A stretch of 59,071 nt of DNA, taken from the NCBI GenBank assembly GCA_038087875.1, contig JAXLNO010000574.1, positions 1 through 59,071 on the forward strand. Direction: 5' to 3'. The position numbers were made by a program, and so were the translations under genes. The DNA comes from Malacoraja senta (taxonomy: Eukaryota). This document shows, one piece after another, positions 24,301 to 35,723 of this stretch (position 1 is the stretch's first letter; every line of letters starts with the position of its first letter). The notes beneath the pieces were generated by a model, which ran no database searches, had not been told where the DNA came from, and saw only the letters and a program-made list of their open reading frames with translations.

Positions 24301-26910
24301 CAGGTTCATTAGGATGGAGAGTGACATTGTTAATTCAGAAACAAAGGTCCTGAACATAAAGAAAGGTGACTTTGAGGGTATGAGATGTGAATTGGCCAAG
24401 ATAGACTGGCCAATGATTCTTAAAGGGTTGATGGTGGATATGCAATGGAAGGCATTTAAAGACTGCATGGATGAACTACAACAAGTGTTCATCCCAGTTT
24501 GGCAAAAGAATAAAGCAGGGAAGGTAGTGCATCCATGGATAACAAGGGAAATCAGGGATAGTATCAAAACAAAAGAGGAAGCCTACAAATTAGCCAGAAC
24601 AAGCAGCCTACCAGAGGACTGGGAGAAATTCAGAGTCCAGCAGAGGAGGACAAAAGGCTTAATTAGGAAAGGGAAAATAGATTATGAAAGAAAATTGGCA
24701 GGGAACATAAAAACTGACTGCAAAAGTTTGTATAGATATGTCAAGAGGAAAAGATTAGTTAAAACAAATGTAGGTCCCTTGCAGTCAGAAACAGGCGAAT
24801 TGATCATGGGGAACAAGGACATGGCAGACCAATTGAATAATTACTTTGGTTCTGTCTTCACTAAGGAAGACATAAAATCTGCCGGAAATAGCAAGGGACC
24901 GGGGGTTAAATGAGATGGAGGAACTGAGTGAAATCCAGGTTAGCCGGGAAGTGGTGTTAGGTAAATTGAATGGATTAAAGGCCGATAAATCCCCAGGGCC
25001 GGATAAATTGCATCCCAGAGTACTTAAGGAAGTAGCCGCAGAAATAGTGGATGCATTAATGATAATTTTTCAAAACTCTTTAGATTCTGGAGTAGTTCCT
25101 GAGGAGTGGAGGGTAGCTAATGTAACCCCACTTTTTAAAAAGGGAGGGAGAGAGAAAACGGGGAATTACAGACCAGTTAGTCTAACATCGGTGGTGGGGA
25201 AAATTCTGGAGTCAGTTATTAAAGATGGGATACCAGCACATTTGGAAAGTGGTGAGTTCATTGGACAAAGTCAGCATGGATTTATGAAAGGTAAATCATG
25301 TCTGACGAATCTTATAGAATTTTTCGAGGATGTAACTAGTAGAGTGGATAAGGGAGAACCAGGGGATGTGTTATATCTGGACTTTCAGAAGGCTTTCGAC
25401 AAGGTCCCACATAAGAGATTAGCATACAAACTTAAAGCACATGGTATTGGGGGTACAGTATTGATGTGGATAGAGGACTGGCTGGCAGACAGGAAGCAAA
25501 GAGTAGGAGTAAACGGCTCCTTTTCAGAATGGCAGGCAGTGACTAGTGGGGTACCGCAAGGCTCAGTGCTGGGACCCCAGCTATTTACAATATATATTAA
25601 TGATCTGGATGAGGGAATTGAATGCAACATCTCCAGGTTTGCGGATGACACAAAGCTGGGGGGCAATGTTAGCTGTGAGGAGGATGCTAGGAGGCTGCAA
25701 GGTGACATGGATAGGTTGGGTGAGTGGGCAAAGGCATGGCAGATGCAGTATAATGTGGATAAATGTGAGATTATCCACTTTGGTGGCTAAAACAGGAAAT
25801 TAGACTATTATCTGAATGGTGGCCGATTAGGAAAAGGGGAGATGCAACGAGACCTGGGTGTCATGGTACACCAGTCATTGAAAGTAGGAATGCAGGTGCA
25901 GCAGGCAGTGAAGAAAGCAAATGGTATGTTAGCATTCATAGCAAAAGGATTTGAGTATAAGAGCAGGGAGGTTCTACTGCAGTTGTACAGGGTCTCGGTG
26001 AGACCACACCTGGAGTATTGCGTACAGTTTTGGTCTCCTAATCTGAGGAAAGACATTCTTGCCATAGAGGGAGTACAGAGAAGGTTCACTGGACTGATTC
26101 CTGGGATGGCAGGACTTTCATATGAGGAAAGACTGGATAGACTCGGCTTGTACACATTGGAATTCAAAAGACTGAGGGGGGATCTTATAGAAACTTACAA
26201 AATTCTTAAGGGGTTGGACAGGCTAGATGCAGGAAGATTATTCCCGATGTTGGGGAAGTCCAGAACTAGGGGTCACAGTTTAAGGATAAGAGGGAAGACT
26301 TTTAGGACCGAGATGATGAAATCATGTTTTACACAGAGAGTGGCGTATCTGTGGAATTCTCTGCCACAGAAGGTAGTTGAGGCCAGTTCATTGGCTATAT
26401 TTAAGAGGGAGTTAGATGTGGCCCTTGTGGCTAAAGGGATCAGGGGGTATGGAGAGAACGCAGGGATGGGATACTGAGTTGGATGATCAGCCATGATAAT
26501 AATAATAATAATAATGGATGGGATTTATATAGCGCCTTTCTAATACTCAAGGCGCTTTACATCGCATTATTCATTCACTCCTCAGTCACACTCGGTGGTG
26601 GTAAGCTACTTCTGTAGCCACAGCTGCCCTGGGGCAGACTGACGGAAGCGTGGCTGCTAATTTGCGCCTACGGCCCCTCCGACCACCACCAATCACTCAC
26701 ACACATTCACACACAGGCAAAGGTGGGTGAAGTGTCTTGCCCAAGGACACAACGACAGTATGCACTCCAAGCGGGATTCGAACCGGCTACCTTCCGGTTG
26801 CCAGCCGAACACTTAGCCCATTGCGCCATCTGTCGTCCCAAATGGGGACGACAGACGACAGGCTCGAAGGGCCGAATGGCCTACTCCTGCACCTATTTTC
26901 TATGTTTCTA
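24300..26910 (+). mobile_element. 5'-truncated CR1 LINE with most of ORF2 (RT), one frameshift and one stop
   Basis: ORFs 24314-24913, 24915-25790 (KSPGPD, NYRPVSLTS, YLDFQKAFDKV, GVPQGSVLGP, FADD) and 25842-26477, then a CR1 tail interrupted by a SINE. Confidence 0.95.
26495..26839 (-). mobile_element. tRNA-derived SINE, AFC/CORE-like, with an L2-type tail
   Basis: Minus strand: A box (tggcgcaatgg), B box (ggttcgaatcc), core tgtgtccttgggcaagacacttcaccca, body gtcagtctgccccagggcagctgtggctac, tail tgtaaagcgccttgag..aaaggcgctatataaat and (att)n. Confidence 0.85.
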
Positions 26911-26949
26911 ACACTTCATCCACTGGCTCTCCCTTGTCCATTTCCCTAG

Positions 26950-28045
26950 TTACATCCTCAAAAAATTGCAGAAGATTAGTCGAGCATGATTTCCCTTCAT
27001 AAATCCACCCTGTTACTGCTATCTAAATGTGCCACTATTTCATGTTATATAATTGACTCCAGCATCTTCCCCACCACCGAAGTCAGGCTAACTGGTCTAT
27101 AATTCCCTGTTTTCTCTCTCCCGCCTTTCTTAAAAAGTGGGATAACATTAGCTACCCTCCAATCCACAGGAACTGATCCTGAATCTATAGAACATTGGAA
27201 AATGATCACCAATGTGTCCACGATTTCTAGAGCCACTTCCTTAAGTACGGCGAGATACAGACCATCAGGCCCTGGGGATATATCAGCCTTTAGTCCCATC
27301 AGTTTACCCAACACCATTTCCTGCCTAATGTGGATTTCCTTCAGTTCCTCTGTCACCCAGATCCTCTGGCCACTATTATATCAGGAAGATTGTTTGTGTC
27401 CTCCTTAGTGAAGACGGATCCAAAGTACCTGTTCAACTCGTCTGCCATTTCCTTGCTCCCCATAATAAATTCACCTGTTTCAGTCTTCAAGGGTCCAACT
27501 TTGGTCTGAACTAATTTTTTTCTCTTCGCATACCAAAAGAAGCATTTACTATCCTCCTTTATATTCTTGGTAGACAACAATGCTGGAGAAACTCAGCGGG
27601 TGAGGCAGCATCTATCGAGCAAAGGAAATAGGCAACGTTTCGGGCCGAAACCCTTCTTCAGACTGATATTATAATATCAATCCTTTATATATAAATCCTT
27701 TATAAGAATCCTTTATATTATTGACTTGCTTACCTTTGTACCTCATCTTTTCTCCCCGTATTGCCTTTTTAGTTATTTTCTGTTGCTCTTTAAAAGTTCC
27801 CTAATCACCTGGTTTCTTGCTCATCTTTGCTATGTTATACTTCTTCTCTTTTATTTTTATACTGTCCTTAGCTTCCCTTGTCAGCCACGGTCGCCTCTTA
27901 ATCCCCTTAGAATCTTTCTTCCTCTTTGGAATGAGAGGATCCTGCACCTTCTGTATTATTCCCAGAAATACCTGCCGTTGTTGTTCCACTGTCATCCCTG
28001 CTGGGGTATCTTTCCAGTCAACTTTGGCTAGTTCCTCCCTCATGG
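26950..28045 (-). mobile_element. CR1 LINE ORF2 internal fragment, interrupted by a Penelope-derived repeat (27575-27665)
   Basis: ORFs 27045-27356, 27353-27580 and 27801-28043. Confidence 0.85.
27632..27665 (-). ncRNA. Minimal type I hammerhead ribozyme-like motif (Penelope-associated), the best-conserved copy here
   Basis: Minus strand tcagtCTGAAGAagggtttcggcccGAAACGTTgcc: CUGANGA, stem II, GAAA, and a palindromic AACGTT mini stem III. Confidence 0.55.
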
Positions 28046-29599
28046 CTAATACTGACGCTTCCGATGTTCCCTTCTCCCTCTCAGTGCCGGATTTACCTGC
28101 AGAATGCCCAAACGGAAGCCTGGGGCCTCAAAATCTAGGGGGCCTCTGGCCATGGTGTGTAATAGTTTTGATACTCTCATAGGCCTTTCTTACTTATGCT
28201 GTCACAACGCACTGTAGTCTCTAAACAACCCTTCAGTAATTTTCCTTGCCCTCCATTTCAGAATAATACTGTTTTAAGCCGATAACTCGACACTAGCACT
28301 GGCAATAAATAAATCTTAAAAAAGCACAACTTTCCAGCCCCTTATCTCATTGGCCACGCTCGGCTGCACATCGGTGTCAATCTGGTAGCACCGGGGTCCG
28401 GCAAACTTTCACACGTGCTCCAGTAAGCAGCGATGGCGGGTGCGGGGAACATCTTTGGATACTTGCCGTCTTCAAAAGTCAAAACTCATTGTAAGTAGGA
28501 AAGTGGAAAGATATATGATATGGTAATTTGTTGGTTCACATGCTTGATCAATGGTGTTTTATCATTAATGTTTTATTATTATTAATGTTTAGTGTTTTCT
28601 GATCCATTCGTAACTGTCACTATGTCATGTTGTTACTTGTGGGCGGAGCACCAAGGCAAATTCCTTGTATGTGAATACTTGGCCAATAAACCTACTTACT
28701 TACTTATATTTGAACTTGGAAGTTGGCAAGGAGCAATGCTAGGCCAGGAGCTAATAATCATTGCTAGAAACCTATTGTGTAGTGCTGTGGCTGCCACTGT
28801 CAGGTTAGTAATAAATCTAAGCATATTAGATAGATAGAGCTTATTAGTTAGATTAGTTAGCTAAGTTTATTAGTTAGATAGAGCTCTAGGGGCTAGTGGA
28901 GTCAAGGGATATGGGGGGAAGGCAGGCACGGGTTATTGATAGGGGATGATCAGCCATGATCACAATGAATGGCGGTGCTGGCTCGAAGGGCCGAATGGCC
29001 TTATCCTGCACCTAGTTTCTATTTGTAGCATCTTTGTTAACGATAAGAAAAAGCATACTCGTTTTGTAAACGGTTTTGGATGCAGATTTGATGCCGATTT
29101 TGCAATATAATTGTCAACAAGGAACAATTCTTTAAGAAGTATTTCCCATTAGGCGTATAATTCTTTAAGATCTATTTCCCATTGGGGATTGGGAGGGGCC
29201 TCACAAGTGGAATAGCTGAAAGCCTCCCTCTCAAATAATAGATGAAAACGGATGGTATTATGTAGCAATGTTACAAAATTTTGAGATTTTAAAAATCAAG
29301 TCTGCAATTTATCCCATCGAATAAAGCATAAAAAGAAGTTTAATTTGACACCTAATTCACTTTCATATCTTCAGTATTAAAAAGGTTATGGCCATTTTCA
29401 TACTCGGAAATTAGCATCTTGTTCCCTATTGCTTTTCCTTTGACTTAACACAAAAGCTGTGATCAAGGACAGTCAAAAGCCTATAACTTTCTTAAAAATT
29501 AAGAGAACTGAAAGAAATTTTCAGTTATTATAGATTGAAGCATTCTGAAACAAATATGAAACAATCTTACTTGGATGACCTGAAATTAAAGCATATAAG

Positions 29600-30332
29600 T
29601 GTACAGAGAAGGTTCACCAGACTGATTCCTGGGATGTCAGGACTTTCATATGAAGAAAGACTGGATAGACTCGGCTTGTACTCGCTAGAATTTAGAAGAT
29701 TGAGGGGGGATCTTATAGAAACTTACAAAATTCTTAAGGGGTTGGACAGGCTAGATGCAGGAAGATTGTTCCCGATGTTGGGGAAGTCCAGAACAAGGGG
29801 TCACAGTTTAAGGATAAGGGGGAAATCTTTTAGGACCGAGATGAGAAAAACATTTTTCACACAGAGAGTGGTGAATCTCTGGAATTCTCTGCCACAGAAG
29901 GTAGTTGAGGCCAGTTGATTGGCTATATTTAAGAGGGAGTTTGATGTGGCCCTTGTGGCTAAAGGGATCAGGGGGTATGGAGAGAAGGCAGGTAACATAG
30001 AAACATAGAAAATAGGTGCAGGAGTAGGCCATTCGGCGCTTCGAGCCTGCACCGCCATTCGATATGATCATGGCTGATCATCCAACTCAGTATCCCATCG
30101 CTGCCTTCTCTCCATACCCCCTGATCCTTTAGCCACAAGGGCCACATCTAACTCACTCTTAAATATAGCCAATGAACTGGCCTCAACTACCTTCTGTGGC
30201 AGAGAATTCCACAGATACTGAATCCACAGATCCCACAGGTACAGGATACTGAGTTGGATGATCAGCCATGATCATATTGAATGTCTCGAAGGGCCGAATG
30301 GCCTACTCCTGCACCTATTTTCTTTGTTTCTA
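29600..30332 (+). mobile_element. CR1 3' end inside the TIR element, with a second inverted CR1 tail nested at ~29995-30215
   Basis: ORF 29535-29918 gives CR1 peptide; tataa flanks both sides. Confidence 0.85.
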
Positions 30333-30492
30333 TAATTAGTTAGTTACCCAATTGTAGCTAATTACAAAATTCAATTACTAGATCTAAACATCTATCCATT
30401 TCTTAAGAAAAGATTAACATTTTTTAATTGCCTAAGTGTCCAAATAGCATTCACACAAGAATTCACAATATAGCATGATTTTTTAATCTCAT

Positions 30493-31397
30493 AGGGAGGT
30501 TTCACGGCAGTCGGGTCACGACCCATGACGCGTACTGTTGCTACGCTACGCCAAGTGGATTACACGCAATGAACTGCAGGTAAGCACTTACCAGTGTCTC
30601 CAGCGTAGCGGGCCCGTTAAAACCCGCCGAAATGGTCAATTTTTGCGCTGTAAATAATTATGGAAATCGGGATAAGCGTGAGAGACATTTAGGCTACTTC
30701 AGAATTCAAAAAGTGAGGAGAAATGACGACAGATAGAAGCGAGAGCTGAAGGGACAACAGCCAAAGTGCTTGGCGAACATTGGCCGTTTGCTCACTGCAT
30801 TTCATGAACTAAGGCATTATTTGTGTTTTTCTTGATTCCTTTGGCATCTAAAAAGTTTCAGAAGGGATAAATCTGGCTGTCAAATTTTAAAATCGCCCAT
30901 GGTTCTCAAGTGGGTTTTTACATACAAAAATGAAACGCCTCTGAAGCAATATTTACAGCCAGATTTATCACTTCTGAGACTTTTTAAGATACCAAAGGAA
31001 TCAAGAAAAAAAACAAATAATGCCTAACTGTTGATGAAATGCAGTGAGCAAACCCGATAATTTCCAATATTTTCAATTCCGATATCTGCACGGCCAATGT
31101 TCGCCAAGCACTTTAGCTGTTGTTGTCCCTTCAGCTCTCGCTTCTCTTTACCTTCATTTCGCTTCACTTTTGGAATTCTGAAGTTGGGTACATGTTCTCT
31201 CACACTTACCACGACTTCTACAATTTTTTACAGCGAAAGAATTCAACATTTTTGGCGGTTTTTAACAGGTAGGAAAGTACGCGTTTCTTGCATTAATAAC
31301 ATTTACCGGAAGTTACGGATGTCTTCCAGATGGATTGAGCGGCTCCGTGCGTCAAGCCCTATGACCCGGTGACCTTACGTGCAACCCCCCCCCCCCT
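30493..31397. mobile_element. ISL2EU/Harbinger-like MITE with an AT TSD and THAP-domain remnants in both arms
   Basis: at|agggaggtttcacg ... cgtgcaaccccccccccct|at; removing it restores the host TIR arm. + strand from 30632: MVNFCAVNNYGNR..YFRIQKV..CLANIGR. - strand from 31249: MLNSFAVKNC..NFRIPKV..CLANIGRAD..YRVCSLHF. Confidence 0.75.
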
Positions 31398-32689
31398 ATT
31401 GTCATGAATATATGGGCCAAATGGAAGGAATTTAGTGTTTAATTCCTGTAAATTAATGGCCATTTATTTGGCTCCTTTACCTAGGCATGTTACAAAACTT
31501 ACCTTCAGTCGCGCTGTAATTCTGCCACTGGCCGTGTGCGCGATTTTGGCGCCTTTAAGGGGGGGCGGGGTTAAAACGCGGGTTTCTCCTCCCTTGTCCT
31601 AGTTAATATTTTGTTGGAGTACAAGCGTTGGCTGATGAATCGTTCCTAGTGGCGATTTGTGTATTTTTTATTTTTATTAAATCGTCAATGTCAGCGCTAG
31701 AGTAATTTTAAAATCAGCTTCTGAAGCGTCAACGCCGATAACGGGGACGGATTTCACACACGGGACAGGTAAACGAAAGGGGTTTCTTTAAATGTATAAA
31801 AGTGCTTCTTAAGAAGCCTTTAATTCACATTTTTTCATTCGACACGGTGATTTTATTCCCCGAATTAACAGCAGTATTTTTCATGCCAATACGGGGTTAA
31901 ATTCACCGCAAATGAACGTTCCAAAAGATCGCGTTCCAGAAATCCTCACTCGCAAGAAGAATTAAATGCCCATTAATTTACAGGTATTAAACATTCAATT
32001 CCTTCCATTTGGCCTGTAAATTCATGAAAATTAGATTTAAAAATTACGTTATATTGTGAATTCTTGTGTGAATGTTATTTGGACACTTAGGCTATTTAAA
32101 AATGTTAATCTATTCTTAAGAAATTGATAGATGTTTAGATCTAGTAATTGAATTTTGTAATTAGCTACAAGTAGGAAACTAACTAATTATATGCTTTACT
32201 TTCATGTCTTCTAAGTAACATTGTTTCATATTTGTTTCAGAATGCTTCAATCTATAATAACTGGAAATTTCTTTCAGTTATCTTAATTTTTAAGAAAGTT
32301 ATGGGCTTTTAACTGTCCTCGGTCACAGCTTTTGAGTTAAGTCAATGGAAAAGCAATAGGGAACAAGATGCTAATTTCCGAGTATGAAAATGGCCATAAC
32401 TTCTTTAATACTGAAGATATGAAAGTGAATTAGGTGTCAAATTAAACTTCTTTTTATGCTTTATCTGATGGGATAAATTGCAGACTTTATTTTTAAAATC
32501 TCAAAATGTTGTAACATTGCTACTTTACCTCCAGTTCCCTCATCAAAGCAGGTTAATTGCACGACACTGCAGGTTCATTGCACGACATTACAGATCCAGA
32601 CTTGCCTTCTCCCTGGTCGGCTCCAGTACAAGCTGCTCTGAGAATCCATCTGGGAGACAGACACTCCACAAACTCCTCTTCCACTTGGG

Positions 32690-33445
32690 CCTTGCTCACC
32701 TGTCCGACCCTGCGCCTTCCGCCCCGCTCTTGACGTCACCGCTTGCGGCAGGCAGCGGGGGCAGCGGGGGCAGCGACGTCATTTCCGGGCTGATGCCCCT
32801 CTCTTTCTCTCTCCTCTCCTCCCCCCCCCCTCTCTCTGTCTGCGGGGCAACTGGCCGGGGGCAGCGACGTCATTTCCGGACTGAGGCCGCCCCGCTGCCT
32901 GCGGGGCAACGGGCAGCGACGTCATTTCCGGGCTGATGCCCCCTTCTCTCCCCAGCCCCCCTCTCTCTCTCTCTCTCTCTGTCTCTACCCCCTCTCTCTA
33001 TCCCCTTCTCTCTCACCATCTCTCCCTCCCCGCTCCCTCTCCCTCTATCTCTCTCTTTCTCTCTCCCCTTCCAGTGCGGCTCGGCTCCATCTTGGCCGAT
33101 AGCGTCATTTCCGGGCTGAGGCCGCCCCGCAACCTGCGGGGCAACGGGACGGGGCAGCGACGTCATTTCCGGGATGATGTCCCTCTCTCTCTCTCTCTCT
33201 CTCTCTCCAGACCCTCTCTCTCTCTCTTGTTCTCTCCCTCTCTCTTCCCCCCCCCCCACACTCACTCACACTCTCTCTCTTTCTTTCTCCCTCCCTCCCT
33301 CTCTCTCTCTCTCACCGTCCAGAGGCGTCATTTCCGGGCTGAGGCCGCCCCTCTGCTCGACCTGGCAACCTGCGGGGCAACGGGCCTCAGCCCGGAAATG
33401 ACGTTCGCGGCCAAGATGGAGCCGACCCGCACTGGACGGTGAGAG
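32690..33445. promoter_or_regulatory. CpG-island promoter with repeated ETS-CRE modules and an internal inverted repeat; candidate bidirectional promoter and first exons for ZNF-A and ZNF-B
   Basis: CpG-rich. CGTCATTTCCGG occurs six times on + and once inverted. TGACGTCA at 32731; CAAGATGG YY1-like core on both strands. Donor-like ctggacg|gtgaga on + (33439) and on - (~33315). Confidence 0.65.
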
Positions 33446-33546
33446 AGAGGGAGAGAGAAAGAGGGGCAGGGAGTGGGGAGAGAGGGAGTGTGAGGAGAGA
33501 GAGATGGTGGGAGAGAGAGAGAGAACGATAGGGGGGGGGGAGAGAA

Positions 33547-33582
<36 letters not shown>

Positions 33583-34270
33583 CGATAGGGTGGGGAGGGA
33601 GAGAAGGAGATAGAGAAGGGGAGAGAGAGAGGGAGAGAGAAAGAGAGAGAGAGAGATAGTGAGGGAGAGAGAGAGAGAGAGGGGGAGAGAGAGTGTGAGG
33701 AGAGAGAGGCAGAGACACAGAGAGAGAGAAAGGGAGAGAGAGAGACAAGAGTGGGGAGGGAGGGGGAGGGATTGAGTAAGAGGGATAGAGAGAGAGGAGC
33801 AGTGAGAGAGAAAGAGGGTGGAGAGAGAGGGGAGGAGAGAGTTCGTAGGGGAGAGGGGGAGAGAGATATCTGAGCGGAGGGGGGCTGAGAGGGGCAGGAA
33901 TAAGGGGAGAGGTTCAGAGAGTGAGAGAGGAGACAGTCCGGGGGAGGGAGGGGGTGAGAGTCTGGGGGTTGGAAAAGGGGTGAAGTGAGTAGCGGGGGGA
34001 AGCAGGGAGCAAAGGGAGGGGGGAGGGATTCAAGGGGGAGTGGGTTTGGTGCCGAGGGGGATGAATGGATGGGCAGGGAACTGGGGGGGGGGAGAGGGGT
34101 CAAGTGAGTCACGGAAGGGGGTGGGGAGCCTGGTGGGGGTTCACACTGTTTGGGGGTGGGGAGGAGGGGGATTGAGCAAAGGGGGGGTAAGGAGCAGGAG
34201 GCGGCAGGGTAATGGGCAGGAAGCCACAGGGAGGAGGTCACATTGTTTGGGGGTGGGGAGGGTGTTGCAG
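33440..34270. repeat. (GA)n-rich and G-rich low-complexity tract, mirrored by (CT)n tracts at 32800-33310
   Basis: Direct inspection. Confidence 0.9.
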
Positions 34271-34324
34271 TATAGGAAGTCAAACCAGGGCAGGATCTTC
34301 ATTTGAATGGCAGGGCGCTGGGGC

Positions 34325-34920
34325 AATAGACAAAAGACAATAGGTGCAGGAGTAGGCCATTCGGCCCTTTGAGCCATCACCGCCATTCAATGTGATCATG
34401 GCTGATCATCCCGAATCAGTACCCCGTTCCTGCCTTCTCCCCATATCCCTAGACTCCACTATCTTTGAGAGCCCTATCTAGCTCTCTCTTGAATGTATCC
34501 AAAGAACCGGCCTCCACCGCCCTCTGATGCAGAGAATTGCACACTCACAACTCTCCGTGAGAAAAAGTGTCTCCGTTCTAAATGAGAAAAAGTGTTTCCT
34601 TGTCTCCGTTCTAAATGGCTTACCCCTTATTCTTAAACTGTGGCCCCTGGTTCTGGACTCCCCCCAACATCGGGAACATGTTTCCTGCCTCTAGCATGTC
34701 CAAACCCTTAACAATCTTATATGTTTCAATAGGATCCCCTCTCCTTCTAAACTCCAGAGTGTACAAGCCCAGCCGCTCCATTCTCTCAGTATATGACAGT
34801 CCCGCCATCCCAGGAATTAACCTTGTAAACCTACACTGCTCTCCCTCAATAGCAAGAATGTCCTTCCTCAAATTAGGGGACCAAAACTGCACACAATACT
34901 CCAGGTGTGGTCTCACTAGG
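34325..34920 (-). mobile_element. CR1 LINE 3' end
   Basis: ORF 34620-34916 plus tail. Confidence 0.85.
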
Positions 34921-35164
34921 ACGCTGAACTCGATCCTTGCGGAGTGTGTGGAGCCGAGGGATCTAGGAGTGCGGGTACGAGTTGGGCCGAAGGGCCTGTT
35001 TCCAACGCTGTATCACTCTATGACTGTATGACAAAGTGCTGGAGTAACTCAGCGGATCAGGCAGCATCTGTGGAGAAGATAGACACAAAGTGCTGGAGTA
35101 ACTCAGTGGGTCAGGCAGCATCTGTGGAGAGAGGAATGGGTGGCATTTTGGGTCGACGCCCTTC

Positions 35165-35482
35165 TTTGGTTTAGTTTAGTTTAGAGATGCAGCGCGGAAA
35201 CAACAGGTCTTTCGGCCCATGGAGTCCGCGCCGACCAGTGATCACCCCGTACACTAGCACTATCCCACGCATATTAGGGACAATTTAGCAATTTTACGGA
35301 GGCCGATTAATCTACAACCCTGAACGTCTTTGAAATGTTGGAGGATACCAGAACACCCAGAGTAAAAATCCACGCAGGTCAAGGGGAGAACCTACAATCT
35401 CCGCACAGGCAGCACCCGTAGTCAGGATCGAGCCGGGTCTCTGGCGGTGAGGCAGCAACTGTACCGCTGCGCTAATGTGCCG
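35165..35482 (-). mobile_element. tRNA-derived V-SINE (HE1-like) with a CR1-type tail
   Basis: Minus strand ggcacattagcgcagcgg (A box), ggctcgatcc (B box), V-domain-like tgtgcggagattgtaggttctccccttgacctgcgtggatttt, and a (ctaaa)n tail. Confidence 0.8.
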
Positions 35483-35723
35483 CGCAGATTTATATAACGG
35501 TTTCCGGCGCCATAAACACACTCAGTATGTGCTAGTAACGTCCTGTTTGCCAGCTTGTTGACCCTCTGTGTTCCCCTCCTGCAGGGTTTAGGAGCAGTTA
35601 CTGTGGACGGAGAGACGGGGACATGAGTGGCTATTGAGGGCGGCCAGGGTGCAGGTGTGCCCCCCACCCTCCGCTCGGCGTGCCGGCCGAGTTTCGAGGG
35701 GCTGAGCTTCGGTGGAGGACCAC

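Larger units (their letters stand above)
29262..32523. mobile_element. Non-autonomous DNA transposon with ~560-bp terminal inverted repeats (possibly Kolobok-like), carrying nested insertions
   Basis: Termini gtagcaatgttacaaaattttgagattttaaaaat... and ...attttaaaatctcaaaatgttgtaacattgctac. The left arm (29262-29599, 30333-30492, 31400-31465) is the reverse complement of 31965-32523. Confidence 0.85.

Noticed and set aside
26770..26839. tRNA-like A and B boxes (also ~35420-35482)
   Set aside because: These are SINE heads continuing into SINE bodies, not tRNA genes.
28082..29240. hAT-like terminus cagtgccggatttacc with ggggcctc subterminal motifs
   Set aside because: No matching right TIR or TSD found, so the element could not be delimited.
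32870..34283. Ser/Leu/Pro- or Arg/Glu-rich ORFs
   Set aside because: Translations of (CT)n/(GA)n microsatellite.
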